A DNA stretch of 64,000 nucleotides from an uncultured Chloroflexia bacterium (GCA_963721765.1 CAVRJP010000001.1:1445145-1509144), one strand, 5' to 3'; positions 30,923 to 41,112 are shown, numbered from the stretch's first letter. The notes: generated from the sequence alone by a model not told the origin. Program-made: numbers and translations.

Positions 30923-32820
30923 TCAGGCGCCCCGGGCGGCGGCCTCCCCGGCGAACCGATCGGCCAGCTCATCCCAGCCCAGCGTCTCCTGGGCGGCGCC
31001 CTTCTCCTCGCCGCGGCGCCGGACGGTGGCGGTTCGAGCCTCCGCCTCGCGGTCGCCGAGGACGAGCATGTACGGCACCTTCTGTTCCTGCGCGAGCCGG
31101 ATCTTGTTCTGCATCCGGCCGTCGGAGGCGTCAACGTCGACACGCAACCCGCGCGCGCGGAGCACGGTGGCGAGCTCCTCCGCGGGCCCGAGGTGCCGGT
31201 CGGCGATCGGGATGACCACCGCCTGCACGGGCGCGACCCACATCGGGAAGGCACCCGCGAAATGCTCGATGAGGATGCCGATGAAGCGCTCGAGGCTGCC
31301 GTAGATCGCGCGATGGATGGCGATCGGGCGAACGGCCGAGCCCGATTCGTCGATGTACGTCAGGTCGAACCGCTCGGGCAGCATCGTCAGGTCGATCTGA
31401 ATGGTCGCCATCTGCCACTCGCGCCCGAGGGCGTCGTCGATGTAGATGTCGATCTTCGGCGCGTAGAACGTGCCGTCCTTGGGCTTCAGCTCGTAGCTGA
31501 TGTCCGCGGCGGCGAACGCCTCCTTGGTGAGCTGCTCCGCGCGCTCCCACAGCGCCGGGTCCCCGATCGCCTTGTCCGGTTTCGTGGCAAACGAGAACCG
31601 AGGCTGGAGCCCGAACCAGCCGTACGACTCGCGGACCTCGCCGAGCATCGCGATGATCTCGTCGGTCAGCTGGTCCGGCCGGACGAAGAGGTGGGCATCG
31701 TCCTGGATGAACTGGCGCACGCGCGTGAGGCCCGAGAGCGTCCCCGAGCGCTCGTTCCGATGGAGCCGCCCGTACTCGTTGAAGCGCAGCGGCAGGTCGC
31801 GGTACGAGCGCAGCTTCGAGCGATAGATGAACGTCGACTCGGGGCAGTTCATCGGCTTGAGGCTGAACGTCTGGTTCTCGGACTCGACGAGGAACATGTT
31901 CTCCTTGTACAGGTCCCAATGGCCCGACTGGCGCCACAGCCGCTCGCTCACGACGATCGGGGTCGACACCTCCTGGTAGCCGCGCTTGACCTGGAGCTCG
32001 CGCATCGCGCCTTCGAGCAGGCGCCAGATCGTCTGGCCCTTCGGGTGCCAGAACGCCGCGCCCGGGCTCACGTCGTGGAAGCTGAACAGGTCGAGCTGGA
32101 CGCCGAGGCGGCGGTGGTCGCGCTTCTTCGCCTCGTCGCGCCGCCAGAGGAACGCCGCGAGCTCCTCGTCGGTGCGCCAGACCGTGCCGTAGACGCGCTG
32201 GAGCATCGGCCGGTGCTCGTCGCCCCGCCAGTACGCGCCCGCGACCGACAGGAGCTTGAACGGCCCGATCTTCCCGGTCGATGCGACGTGCGGCCCGCGG
32301 CACAGGTCGCTGAACGGGCCGTGCTCGTAGAACGTGATCTGCGGCGCTTCCTCGCCCGCCGCCTTCGCCTTCGAGGCGAGGTCGTCGAGGATCTCGACCT
32401 TGTACGTCTGGCCGGCGCCCTCGACCACGGCGCGGCCGTCGTCGAACGGGACCTCCTTGCGGGCGAACGCGTGGTCCGCGCCGACGCTCGCGCGCATTCG
32501 CTCCTCGATCGCCTCCAGGTCCGCCGGGCGTCAGCGGCGCGGGCAGGTCGAAGTCGTAGTAGAAGCCGTCGGCGACCGCCGGCCCGATGCCCAGCTTCGC
32601 GCCCGGGAAGAGGTCGAGGACCGCCTCGGCCATGACGTGCGCGGTCGAGTGGCGCATCGCGTCCAGCTCGTCGTGGGCGCCCGCGTCGAGCAGCTCGTCG
32701 ACCGAGCCTCGATCCGGCGCCGCGAGCAGCTCCTCGTCGCCGGCCTCGTCGCTGGCGCCTCGGTCGCGCTCGCCGGGACCCGCCGCGCTACCCGATGCTC
32801 TGCTGGTCCTCGTCCGCCAC
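30923..32820 (-). CDS. thrS: threonine--tRNA ligase, frameshifted in the N-terminal part
   Basis: [57 protein letters not shown] start inferred behind GGAGG. Confidence 0.95.
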
Positions 32821-32835
32821 GTCCACCTCCCGAGA

Positions 32836-33082
32836 ATCGAAACGACCCCTCGTCCCGACAGGACGAGAGGTCGATGGCTCGACATCCCGCGGTTCCACCC
32901 GCCTTCACGACGCCGACCCGGCTGGGTCGAGGCCATGCGCTTGAACCCGCGCTAACGGGCGGACCCGGGCCGGTTCACCGGCCGCTCACGGGTGGTGCGA
33001 TGGCGGGGCTCGATGCCGGGCTTCCAGCCGCGTCCCGACTCTCTGGAGATCGTGCGCCCGATCGCGTGTCCCGATCGCTGCG
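32836..33082 (-). promoter_or_regulatory. Thr T-box riboswitch leader of thrS
   Basis: AGAGAG/GCTGGAAG stem I, specifier ACC (~32994-32996), CCGTTA, T-box AAGGCGGGTGGAACCGCG (32888-32905), -10 TATAGT near 33092. Confidence 0.88.
32843..32873 (-). terminator. T-box intrinsic terminator
   Basis: cgaccucucgucc-ugucg-ggacgaggggucg followed by uuucgauu. Confidence 0.8.
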
Positions 33083-33144
33083 TTGGGCCGGACTATAGCG
33101 CACGAGCAGGGGGCGCCCACGGCACGTCCGGCCCCACCGGATCG

Positions 33145-33228
33145 TCAGATCTTGATGATCCCGATGAGCAGCAGCAGGATGATGATGACCCCCGGCACGC
33201 CGAGGATCCACAGAAGCAGAGGAACCAT
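33145..33228 (-). CDS. 27-aa hydrophobic small protein
   Basis: MVPLLLWILGVPGVIIILLLLIGIIKI with strong RBS AGGAGGG. Confidence 0.7.
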   Translation of the reverse strand: MVPLLLWILGVPGVIIILLLLIGIIKI

Positions 33229-33389
33229 GTGTTCCCTCCTTTCCGCACAGACTTTGCGATGGACACCGTGACAGCAACGCATCCGGCGAGCCTGCGCGGC
33301 TTGCAGTTCGGACCCCGGAAACCTCGAGGGCGCGTTACAGGCGAGGCTGTGACCATCGACCTGGCACGACGCTCGACCACGCTGCAGAC

Positions 33390-34368
33390 ATGACACGGCA
33401 GCGACGGATCCTCGCGATCGACGGTGGTGGCGTGCGCGGGATCATCCCCGCGCTGTGCCTGGAGGCGCTCGAGCGGGTAACCGGCCGGCCGGCGCGCGAG
33501 AGCTTCGACTTCCTGGCCGGGACCTCCACCGGCGCCGTCATCGCGGCGGCCCTGGCAGCGGGCATCCCCGCCGAGCGAATCGCCTCGCTCTACCGGCGAC
33601 GTGGGCCGGAGCTCTTTCGACAGACGCCGATCCTCGGCGTCCTGCGCCGAATCACGACCGGCCATCTCTATGACGTCGCGACGTTGCGCCGGATGATCGG
33701 CGAGGAGCTCGGCGAGCACGGAGCCTGGCGGATCAACGACGTCCCGAACGACATCATGCTGACCGCGAAGGGCCTCGACGACGGGCACCCGTGGTACTTC
33801 GTCAAGGATCGCGCGGAGACCGACAACGATCGGACCGGCGACCTGCTCCTCGCCGACTGTGTCACCGCCTCTGCCGCCGCGCCGACCTACTTCGCGCCGT
33901 GGTCGGTGGCGAGCATCGGGCTCTTGGTGGACGGTGGCGTCGGCGTTGCCGGCAATCCCGTGTACCAGGCCTGCGTCGAGGCATTCGAGTACACGTCGTC
34001 CTACGAGCCGTCGCAGTCGATCGTCGTCTCGCTCGGCACGGGCCGGTTCCTGGACCGCCCTCGACCGACGTGGCTGTGGTCGTGGGTCGAGTGGGTTCTC
34101 GGCGAGATGTTCCGATCACCGGGCGAGCAGCAGACCGAGCTCGTCCAACGCCACTACGGTGATGCGGCGCTCTACCGGATCGACGTCCGCCTCCCGCGCG
34201 ACTACCCGCTCGACACCCTCGGCGCGCGGCTTCGACGAGCTCGAGGACATCGGCCGCCGCCTCGCGGCGCTCATCGACTGGCCGGCGATCCTCGACGGCC
34301 GCGACGGCACCTTCAGGATCGGCCCGGGCGAGGCTCGCCCGGAGGCATACTGCCGCTACGTCAGCTGA
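33390..34368 (+). CDS. patatin-like phospholipase, frameshifted near 34230
   Basis: DGGGVRG, GTSTG, SAAAPTYF, DGGV. Confidence 0.9.
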
Positions 34369-34481
34369 CGTCCTGGGGCCTGTCCCTCTGCGACAATCGA
34401 CGCGTCCGCGACCACCGACGACGCGGCCAAGCGCCACGTCCCCCACATCTCGGCGCGCGCGGCAGAGCACGGAGGGCCACG

Positions 34482-34961
34482 ATGCCCACGAAGCATTCCC
34501 GCGTCCGGCTGGCGGCCGCCACCTTGTCCCTGTTGGTGCTGCTCGTTGCCGCTGGACCCACGCAAGGCGCAAGCCCGCCCCGACACGAGATCGACCTCTT
34601 CCAGTGCGCCCAGGCCGGCGGCTCGATCACGGTCCCCAGCGGAACCCCGTTCTACGTCGTCGACGGGTGGTTCGCCAAGACCCTCTGGCAGCAGGCAATG
34701 TTCCTGCTCAGCGTGAAGGTTCAGGTTGGAGTGGACGGAACGCCGATTGCCCACCCATTCCGCTACTGGACGAAGCCCACCTTCTCGGACGAGGATGGCC
34801 TCTGGTTCCTCCTTTGGAAGTACCCGCACGCGGCGCTCGGCCCAGGCGAATCGATCGTCTTCACGGAGGCATGGACCTTCCGTTTCCCGATCTATGACGG
34901 GTTCGAGTGGTTCCCCCGTGGCACCTTCCTTGACGAGACGTGCGTGATCACGGGCGCGTAG
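34482..34961 (+). CDS. secreted hypothetical protein
   Basis: RBS GGAGGG, signal peptide MPTKHSRVRLAAATLSLLVLLVAAG, aromatic-rich mature part. Confidence 0.65.
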   Translation: MPTKHSRVRLAAATLSLLVLLVAAGPTQGASPPRHEIDLFQCAQAGGSITVPSGTPFYVVDGWFAKTLWQQAMFLLSVKVQVGVDGTPIAHPFRYWTKPTFSDEDGLWFLLWKYPHAALGPGESIVFTEAWTFRFPIYDGFEWFPRGTFLDETCVITGA

Positions 34962-35021
34962 TCGTGTGAGCCCAGACGTCCTCAGACCCTGAGGCCCCGG
35001 CTCTCGGCCCGGGCCGTTCGG

Positions 35022-35405
35022 CTATGAACGCTCGGGCTCTCCGTGGCGCGCGGACGCATCCTGAAACCGGCCGCGGGCCTCCGCTTCGTCGACATCGGCC
35101 ATGGCGCTCTCGGCGTCCGCATCGGCCAGGTCAACCTGCGTGGTCTCGACGAGGAGCCGAGCCGCGGCGGCCGTCTTGACTGCGCTCGCCTCAGCCAGCG
35201 AGGCTGCGGCAAGGGCTGCTCTTGAGGCATCCGCGGTTGCAGTCGCAGCTTCCACCGCATCCTGCGCCGCGCGCGTCGCGACTTCGGCCGCGAGCTTTCC
35301 ACGGCGAGCGACGGCGGCCGCCCGTTCTGCTTCTCGCCACTCATTCAGGGCCTCGGGGATTCTCGACGACATCCGCACTGACTGATCTGACATTCGGAGC
35401 TCCAT
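35022..35405 (-). CDS. Ala-rich coiled-coil hypothetical protein
   Basis: [24 protein letters not shown]... helical composition. Confidence 0.6.
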   Translation of the reverse strand: MELRMSDQSVRMSSRIPEALNEWREAERAAAVARRGKLAAEVATRAAQDAVEAATATADASRAALAAASLAEASAVKTAAAARLLVETTQVDLADADAESAMADVDEAEARGRFQDASARHGEPERS

Positions 35406-35497
35406 TCTGCCTGCGCAGGTCAGCGTGACAGATGCTTGGATGCGAACGAGCGAGCCTTACCGCGTGCGTCGTAGGCAACGTGTTTTTGACGAGAGGG

Positions 35498-35574
35498 TGG
35501 TGGGCGACACTGGACTCGAACCAGTGACCTCTTGCATGTCAAGCAAGTGCTCTAACCAGCTGAGCTAGCCGCCC
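35498..35574 (-). tRNA. tRNA-Val(GAC)
   Basis: GGGCGGC/GTCGCCC acceptor stem, GCTC/GAGC D stem, CTTGC-TTGACAT-GCAAG anticodon arm, GGTTCGAGTCC T arm, encoded CCA. Confidence 0.97.
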
Positions 35575-35578
35575 CAGG

Positions 35579-35620
35579 TGCGACGCGAGTTCCGTCGCGC
35601 CGCCGAGGCATTCTAGCGCA
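35579..35620 (-). promoter_or_regulatory. tRNA-Val leader hairpin and -10 box
   Basis: TAGAAT (35610-35615) then CGCGA-CGGAAC-TCGCG hairpin; repeated three more times. Confidence 0.7.
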
Positions 35621-35700
35621 GGGTCGACCCCGGCTCGGCGCGACCATAATCTCCCCGGGGAGCACGGTCGGTACGCACGACATCGAGGTATCCCAGAGCG

Positions 35701-36795
35701 GTGCTTGACGTTGACGTCCTCGTGGTGGGCGCGCGGGTCGCGGGCTCGGTGACGGCCGCGCTCCTTGGGGATGCCGGCTACCGCGTCCTGCTTGTGGATG
35801 CGGCGACGTTTCCCAGCGATACGATCTCGACCCATTTCTTCCGTGGAGCCGGCTTGGGCGGTGTACTGTCCCGCCTCGGCCTTCTCGATCGCGTGCTCGC
35901 CCTTGGCTGTCCACCGCTGACAGTCGAATACGACTATGCCGGGGCAGACCCCGAGCCAACGGTCGGGCCGCCGCAGGATCCGGGTGACGTCGGGTTTTGC
36001 CTCTCCTGTCGAAGGCTCACCCTCGATGCGCTTCTCGTCGACCGTGCAAGGTCGAGCCCGGGAGTCGAGGTCTGGCAAGCCGCACTGGCGAGCCGCCTCC
36101 TCTTCGAGGATGGCCGCGCCACCGGCGCATTCGTGGAGCGCGCGGGATCTGGTGTCGACGTCCGGGCCCGCCTCGTCGTGGGCGCGGATGGCCGCGGGTC
36201 GCGCATCGCGCGCTGGGTCGAGGCCGGCGAGGTTCGGCGGGAGACCGCCTCGCGAGGTTTGTATTTCCGGTATTTCGCCGGATTTCCGCCACCCCGGGCG
36301 ATCGCGGACGGACCGGAGTTCTCCGTCGTCGGAGACGAGATGGCCTATGTCTTCCCGAGCGACGACGGCGTCACGTGCATCGCGGTATCGATCAACCTCG
36401 ACGTCTTTCAGCAGTTCCGCACCGACCGCGACACCGCCTTCGAGGCACGGCTCGCCCGCCACATTGGCCTCTTCGATCGCTACCGGGCTGCGTCTCCCGT
36501 AAGCGCGGTTCTCGGGTCCGGACCTGTTGACGCCATCTGCCGACAGCCATCAGGCGCGGGGTGGGCTCTCGTCGGGGACGCTGGCATGCATCAGGATCCG
36601 TGGACGGGATTGGGCATGGACAACGCAAGCATGCATGCGACCTTCCTCGTCGATGCGATCGACGACTGGCTGTCGGGCCGCTCTGGCGAGGGCGCGGCAT
36701 TCGCCGAGTACGGCCGGCGACGGGACGACCACGCGCTGGAGGGCTTCAACGAGACTGCCCGACTGGGCCGGGATCTCTCGCAGCTCGTCAGTTAG
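35701..36795 (+). CDS. FAD-dependent oxidoreductase (geranylgeranyl reductase/monooxygenase-like)
   Basis: DVLVVGARVAG, VVGADG, LVGDAG..DPWTGLG. Confidence 0.85.
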   Translation: MLDVDVLVVGARVAGSVTAALLGDAGYRVLLVDAATFPSDTISTHFFRGAGLGGVLSRLGLLDRVLALGCPPLTVEYDYAGADPEPTVGPPQDPGDVGFCLSCRRLTLDALLVDRARSSPGVEVWQAALASRLLFEDGRATGAFVERAGSGVDVRARLVVGADGRGSRIARWVEAGEVRRETASRGLYFRYFAGFPPPRAIADGPEFSVVGDEMAYVFPSDDGVTCIAVSINLDVFQQFRTDRDTAFEARLARHIGLFDRYRAASPVSAVLGSGPVDAICRQPSGAGWALVGDAGMHQDPWTGLGMDNASMHATFLVDAIDDWLSGRSGEGAAFAEYGRRRDDHALEGFNETARLGRDLSQLVS

Positions 36796-36798
36796 ACC

Positions 36799-36960
36799 AC
36801 GATAACTCGCCCATTCTCGCTCGCCGAGATCGTGCTGAGAGCTGCCGACCCTACACCGCTCAGGGGCGGGAGGCATGTCAAGCAAGTGCTCTAACCAACT
36901 GAGCTAGCCGCCCGAGAGTGCGACGTGAGTTCCGTCACGCCGCCGGCGAATTCTAACGCA
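36799..36960 (-). repeat. tRNA-Val-derived repeat 1 (promoter + leader + 5' 41 nt of tRNA + conserved arm)
   Basis: 36873-36913 matches tRNA 35534-35574 at 40/41 nt; leader and -10 TAGAAT retained. Confidence 0.93.
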
Positions 36961-37159
36961 CGCGTTTGCGACGCCGACCGGAGCGCCGAGCGAACTCCGC
37001 AGGCTTGAAGCCGAACTCGATCACGTCCGAGATCCGTCGATGGTCGCCATGCCCAGGAGCTTGATCGGTCGCACGAGCTTCGACGCGGATGAAGCCTTAG
37101 CCACGGTTTCGCCGTTTGGCAGGATGATAGATTCATCTCCTCGCTGGAGGAGTCGACCG

Positions 37160-37636
37160 ATGTGGGCGTTCGTCATCGCACGGGGGCGCCACGTCGGGTT
37201 GGTGCTCGGGCTCGGCCTGCTGGCGGCCTGCGGAGGCGGCGGCCCCACAGTCACGGGCTCCCCATCGACGCCAGGGCCTGGTCCGGCGACGCCTCCACCC
37301 TCCTCCGTCGTTAGTACCGGGCAGGGTGTTGGCGCGGAAGGCACGGCGCGTGTCGTGGCCGAGGGAGTGACGACCACGCTCGGTGTCGACGATTGCACCA
37401 TGGTGTCGAGCACGATCATCGTCGTCGCGACGAATGCCGCAGACGGCGCGAGCCTCTCCATGGCGGGGACCGCCGGCGCCGCGAGCATCGAATTCAGACG
37501 AGGGGGCGATCAGTGGGTCGCGGCGGGGGCGACCGTCACGATCAGCGGGTCCACCATCTCCTACGACGGCGTCGCATTGAAGGCGGGCGGAGACCCGCCA
37601 GAGGCCCAGATCTCGCTCGAGGTCGTCTGCCAATAG
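37160..37636 (+). CDS. lipoprotein
   Basis: RBS GGAGG, lipobox LAAC, Pro/Thr linker. Confidence 0.75.
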   Translation: MWAFVIARGRHVGLVLGLGLLAACGGGGPTVTGSPSTPGPGPATPPPSSVVSTGQGVGAEGTARVVAEGVTTTLGVDDCTMVSSTIIVVATNAADGASLSMAGTAGAASIEFRRGGDQWVAAGATVTISGSTISYDGVALKAGGDPPEAQISLEVVCQ

Positions 37637-37749
37637 CCGGGTAGATTGACCCGCGGACAGCGACCGGCCCACCGCGGCGGAGGCGATCGCGATCGGCGGG
37701 TCGACGATCGCCGCGCTTGGTCCGCCAACCGGCCCTCGATCCCGAATAC

Positions 37750-37912
37750 CGCGATAACTCGGGCGCGTTCGCTCGCGGACCTGTGTTCGAAAGAAGTCGA
37801 CCTACACCGCTCGTGGGCGGGAGGCATGTCAAGCAAGTGCTCTAACCAACTGAGCTAGCCGCCCACGCGGTGCGACGCGAGTTCCGTCGCGCCGCCGGCG
37901 AATGATATCGCA
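37750..37912 (-). repeat. tRNA-Val-derived repeat 2
   Basis: 37824-37864 matches tRNA at 40/41 nt; arm gataactcg..gctcgc..cctacaccgctc..gggcgggag shared with repeat 1; -10 TATCAT. Confidence 0.93.
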
Positions 37913-37934
37913 GCCCTCTTCTCCGGCTCTCGAG

Positions 37935-38642
37935 TCAGCCCAACAGCAGGGCAATCCCCAGGGCAATGAGCCAGAGCGACCAGCTGATGTACGCGAGCGG
38001 CACGATCGCGCCGGCGAGCGGCCAGCCGCGCTCTTCGTTCGGGCCGACGAACTCGAGCGTTCCGATCAGCAGCGCAACGCCGACCGGGATGCCGACCAGG
38101 CCGAGCCAGCCGGGCAGAACCGCGGTCGACAGGATTGACCAGGCGACGAGGAGCGTCCACAGGCCCGTGAGGAGGTAGCCGAGGTGCTCGCCGATCCCGA
38201 CCCCGAGGAGGCGATGAAGCGTCGCGAAGACGACCTTAATCGTCCGGCGGGTGGCCGCCGCGTCGGCGGCCTCCGCGGCGTCCGCGGCGACGTACTGTCG
38301 AGCGAGCTCGGGCACGGCGAACGGCCAGCGCACGAGGCCGAGTGCTTGCACCAAGGCCGCGCCGGCGCCGATGACGATCGAGGCGACGCCTAGCGCCACC
38401 GGCGGCGCCAGCGCGACCGCAACCAGTGCGACGAGCGGCAGCATCGCGAGCGCGCTGACCAGGAGCGCCTGCCAGCGCAGGATTAGGCCGGAGCCACCCG
38501 CGTGGAATCTGCGAAGGATCACGTCTGGCTCCTTGCGCAGGATGTTCGGGTACTCGAACGCTCGGCCCAGCTCAAAGAACGCGAGATTGAAGGCGAGGGG
38601 CACCATGATCAGGAGGACCCCCGCCGCGAGCTCAACGCTCAT
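37935..38642 (-). CDS. multi-pass membrane protein (DUF4386-like)
   Basis: FEYPNILRKEP, LGLVRWPFAVP, GVGIGEHLGYL; about six TM segments. Confidence 0.7.
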   Translation of the reverse strand: MSVELAAGVLLIMVPLAFNLAFFELGRAFEYPNILRKEPDVILRRFHAGGSGLILRWQALLVSALAMLPLVALVAVALAPPVALGVASIVIGAGAALVQALGLVRWPFAVPELARQYVAADAAEAADAAATRRTIKVVFATLHRLLGVGIGEHLGYLLTGLWTLLVAWSILSTAVLPGWLGLVGIPVGVALLIGTLEFVGPNEERGWPLAGAIVPLAYISWSLWLIALGIALLLG

Positions 38643-39045
38643 GGTCAATCCTTCGCGTGGCCAAGACCATGCGAATGGCAGCGGCGACAGCGATGAACAA
38701 GCCCACCACGTGCATAACGCTGCCAACGAGAACACCGATCCTGGCCGTGTCGGTCAGCTGTTCGATAAAGGTGCCCGTCATGACCGCGGCGACGATTGCG
38801 CCGACGCCCAGAACCAGCGGTACAACAAGCGCTAGGTACGCGGTCCACCTGCCGGGTCGCAGCAGCACGATGAAGGCAGCAACGAGCAGGACGATTGGGC
38901 CGGCAAAGCTCGGATAGAGCGACGATCCGGCGGCGATCTGCAGCACCATGCCGGCGGCAGTGAGAACAAGGCCCGTCGCGCTTCCCTTGGCCGCATTTGA
39001 GAGCTGGTGGCCCGGATCGATGGCGACGCGTACGGGAGTGGTCAC
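38632..39045 (-). CDS. small membrane protein
   Basis: four hydrophobic segments, RBS AGGAGG, overlaps next start. Confidence 0.65.
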   Translation of the reverse strand: MTTPVRVAIDPGHQLSNAAKGSATGLVLTAAGMVLQIAAGSSLYPSFAGPIVLLVAAFIVLLRPGRWTAYLALVVPLVLGVGAIVAAVMTGTFIEQLTDTARIGVLVGSVMHVVGLFIAVAAAIRMVLATRRIDHER

Positions 39046-39090
39046 GGTCAACCTCCTTCTCTCGGACACTGTGCCCCGTTCCGCTGAGGT

Positions 39091-40017
39091 TCAGACCGCG
39101 CAAGTCCCGCTGTTGGACGCGTGCAGGCTGTTCAGGCTGGCGCCCAATGCCTCTTGTGGGATCAGTGTGCGCCCGCGAGCGTCGCTTACTAGCGTCCGAC
39201 GGACTTGGGCCGTTGCGCAGCGGTCGTGTGACTGGACATATCCTTCCTCGACGAATACTCCAGAATTCGCCACGCCGGACCCTGGCGAATAGTTCGGAGT
39301 GGGCGGGTCAGCAGGCGTCTCGAGCGTGGGCGTGGGTTCCGGCGTTGCCGGAGGGTCGGCCGGCGTGGCCGGCGGCGCCGTAGGGACCCTGTCGAAGTTC
39401 GCCACGAGGAGAGCCTTCTGCTTCTTCTGCGTGAACGTGATCGGCGAGCAATCGTCGTGACGCTCGGTCGAGTAGTCCTCCCAGATGACGTAGAAGTACG
39501 TGCACACGGAATCCGCACGGTGGGCGGCGGTCGCGGTCACCTCGGTGCCGGGCGGAACCTCGTAGTAGCAGCTCGCAGGCCTCGAGCGGGTCGTGCAGCG
39601 GTAGGTGTCGCCGGCTGCCACCACGGTCACCCTGCCGAAGCCGACATCGGCGTCGGTACTGCCATTGGTCGTGATGAGCACGGACACGTACGGGTACACG
39701 GGCATGATCGTCGGATCACATGGCGTGACGTACGGGTTGCATCCGGATGGCGGGCTTGTTCGTCGCGGGGTTGCGCGTGCGCTTGGTGACGGCAGCGCAC
39801 TCGGATCGTCCGATGCCTCGCCGATCTCGGTCGGCGCGGGACTTGGCTGGATGTCGATGAAGGACTCAGGCGGCTCAGTCTGCCCGCGTGATGGCACAAC
39901 GCCGACTGCGCCGACGGGTGGGCTCGACGGGATTGGCTGCCGAACGGACGTCGCTACCACGGCGACGGCACTGAGGGCCACGGCGGCGAGGACGCTGCTG
40001 ATCGATGCACGGCGCAT
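39091..40017 (-). CDS. exported Pro/Thr-rich protein with Cys-containing beta domain
   Basis: N-terminal hydrophobic segment, Pro-rich linkers, CTTRSRPASCYYEVPPGTEVTATA. Confidence 0.55.
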   Translation of the reverse strand: MRRASISSVLAAVALSAVAVVATSVRQPIPSSPPVGAVGVVPSRGQTEPPESFIDIQPSPAPTEIGEASDDPSALPSPSARATPRRTSPPSGCNPYVTPCDPTIMPVYPYVSVLITTNGSTDADVGFGRVTVVAAGDTYRCTTRSRPASCYYEVPPGTEVTATAAHRADSVCTYFYVIWEDYSTERHDDCSPITFTQKKQKALLVANFDRVPTAPPATPADPPATPEPTPTLETPADPPTPNYSPGSGVANSGVFVEEGYVQSHDRCATAQVRRTLVSDARGRTLIPQEALGASLNSLHASNSGTCAV

Positions 40018-40141
40018 GGCACCGCCCGATGTCAGCGCGGACGGAGTGAGGTCCGACGACGTCTCGACGGCGGCTTCCTGATGGTCCGGAGGGCGCACGG
40101 CGCGCAGTGTACGGGTCGGATCGGTCGAGACCGGTGCCTGC

Positions 40142-40193
40142 GGGCGACGAGGCATGTTTAAGCACGTGCTCTAGCCAGCTGAGCTAGCCGCCC
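40142..40193 (-). repeat. tRNA-Val-derived repeat 3 (degenerate, no adjacent leader)
   Basis: 40152-40193 differs from the tRNA by 3 substitutions and 1 insertion; followed by CTC-GTCGCCC. Confidence 0.85.
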
Positions 40194-40294
40194 GAGGTTC
40201 GAACTCAAGTACCCACATTGCCCTGCGTTCTTACGTCATCGGGTCTGCCTACACGCGGATGGCCCAAAGTCACGATTTCCGGTGACACCAGCCG

Positions 40295-41107
40295 GTGCTA
40301 ACGTCCGCCAACGCTACTGGGGGTTACGTGCGCCGGAAGGCCTTGATCGTCCGCGCGACAACCATCGTCCTCGCGGGGATCGTGCTCGCGGTGGTCGGGT
40401 CCTGGGCCGTCAAGACGATCGAAGATCGAAATGAAACTGCACGCACCACCGAGCGCTTCGATCCGCCGGTCTGGGCTGGGCAGAACTTCCTGGCTGGATG
40501 CGCCGGAGGGTTCTACGCCCGCCACGAGTCCACGATCGTGCTCGTCATGAGCGCGCATTGCGGCTATCCAGGACTCGAGCTTCGAGACGAACAACAGGGC
40601 CAGGTGATCGGCGTCCTCGGCCCGCGCGCCGAGCTCGCTGACTGTCCGGAGGGCCGCTTCTGCGCACCGTCCGACATCCTCACGCTCGCCCTGGCGCCCG
40701 ACCGTATCCCGTGGGGCCACCTGAACATGGTCGACATGGGCGCCGGTGGCTACCGGACGTTCGACGCCGGAACCAAGCCACTCGCCTGTTCCGATATCGC
40801 CGTCGGCGACCGATTGGAGATCAACGGTCGGGAGCACTATCGCTCGGGGACCGTGATCGAGATCGGGTCGTACGAGCACGAGACGGACACGATCTTCCCG
40901 TGCATGGTCGTCGGCGACCGCATCGTCACGGTCGGCGACTCCGGCGGCGCCGTGCTGGTGCGAGGCTTGCCGGCGGGGATCGTCGCGCGCGAGCTCGGCG
41001 GGAAATTTGGGTTCACGCCGCTCGCGGAGGGCCTCGACAACCTGAATCTGAGCCTGTGCACGACGCCCGACTGCGACTTGTCTCCGGATCGGGCGGTCCA
41101 GCCCTGA
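40295..41107 (+). CDS. S1 (trypsin-like) serine protease, membrane-anchored or secreted
   Basis: CAGG..SAHC, SDILTL, GDSGG catalytic motifs; N-terminal TM. Confidence 0.75.
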   Translation: MLTSANATGGYVRRKALIVRATTIVLAGIVLAVVGSWAVKTIEDRNETARTTERFDPPVWAGQNFLAGCAGGFYARHESTIVLVMSAHCGYPGLELRDEQQGQVIGVLGPRAELADCPEGRFCAPSDILTLALAPDRIPWGHLNMVDMGAGGYRTFDAGTKPLACSDIAVGDRLEINGREHYRSGTVIEIGSYEHETDTIFPCMVVGDRIVTVGDSGGAVLVRGLPAGIVARELGGKFGFTPLAEGLDNLNLSLCTTPDCDLSPDRAVQP

Positions 41108-41112
41108 TTCAG

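Noticed and set aside
5431-32635. Long antisense or alternate-frame ORFs (e.g. 5431..7458, 13214..15520, 17539..18996, 31193..32635)
   Set aside because: They are shadows of real genes in high-GC DNA, are Arg/Pro/Ala-rich and have no family motifs.
33390-34368. Patatin as a CBASS effector
   Set aside because: No CD-NTase or other defence genes are adjacent.
36791-36960. Classical integron attC site (GTTAGAC at 36791)
   Set aside because: No properly placed RYYYAAC...GTTRRRY pair or attC hairpin, the motif is absent from the other repeats, and there is no intI.
36873-40193. Additional functional tRNA genes
   Set aside because: No T arm, broken anticodon stem and no CCA; copy 3 has a mutated anticodon.
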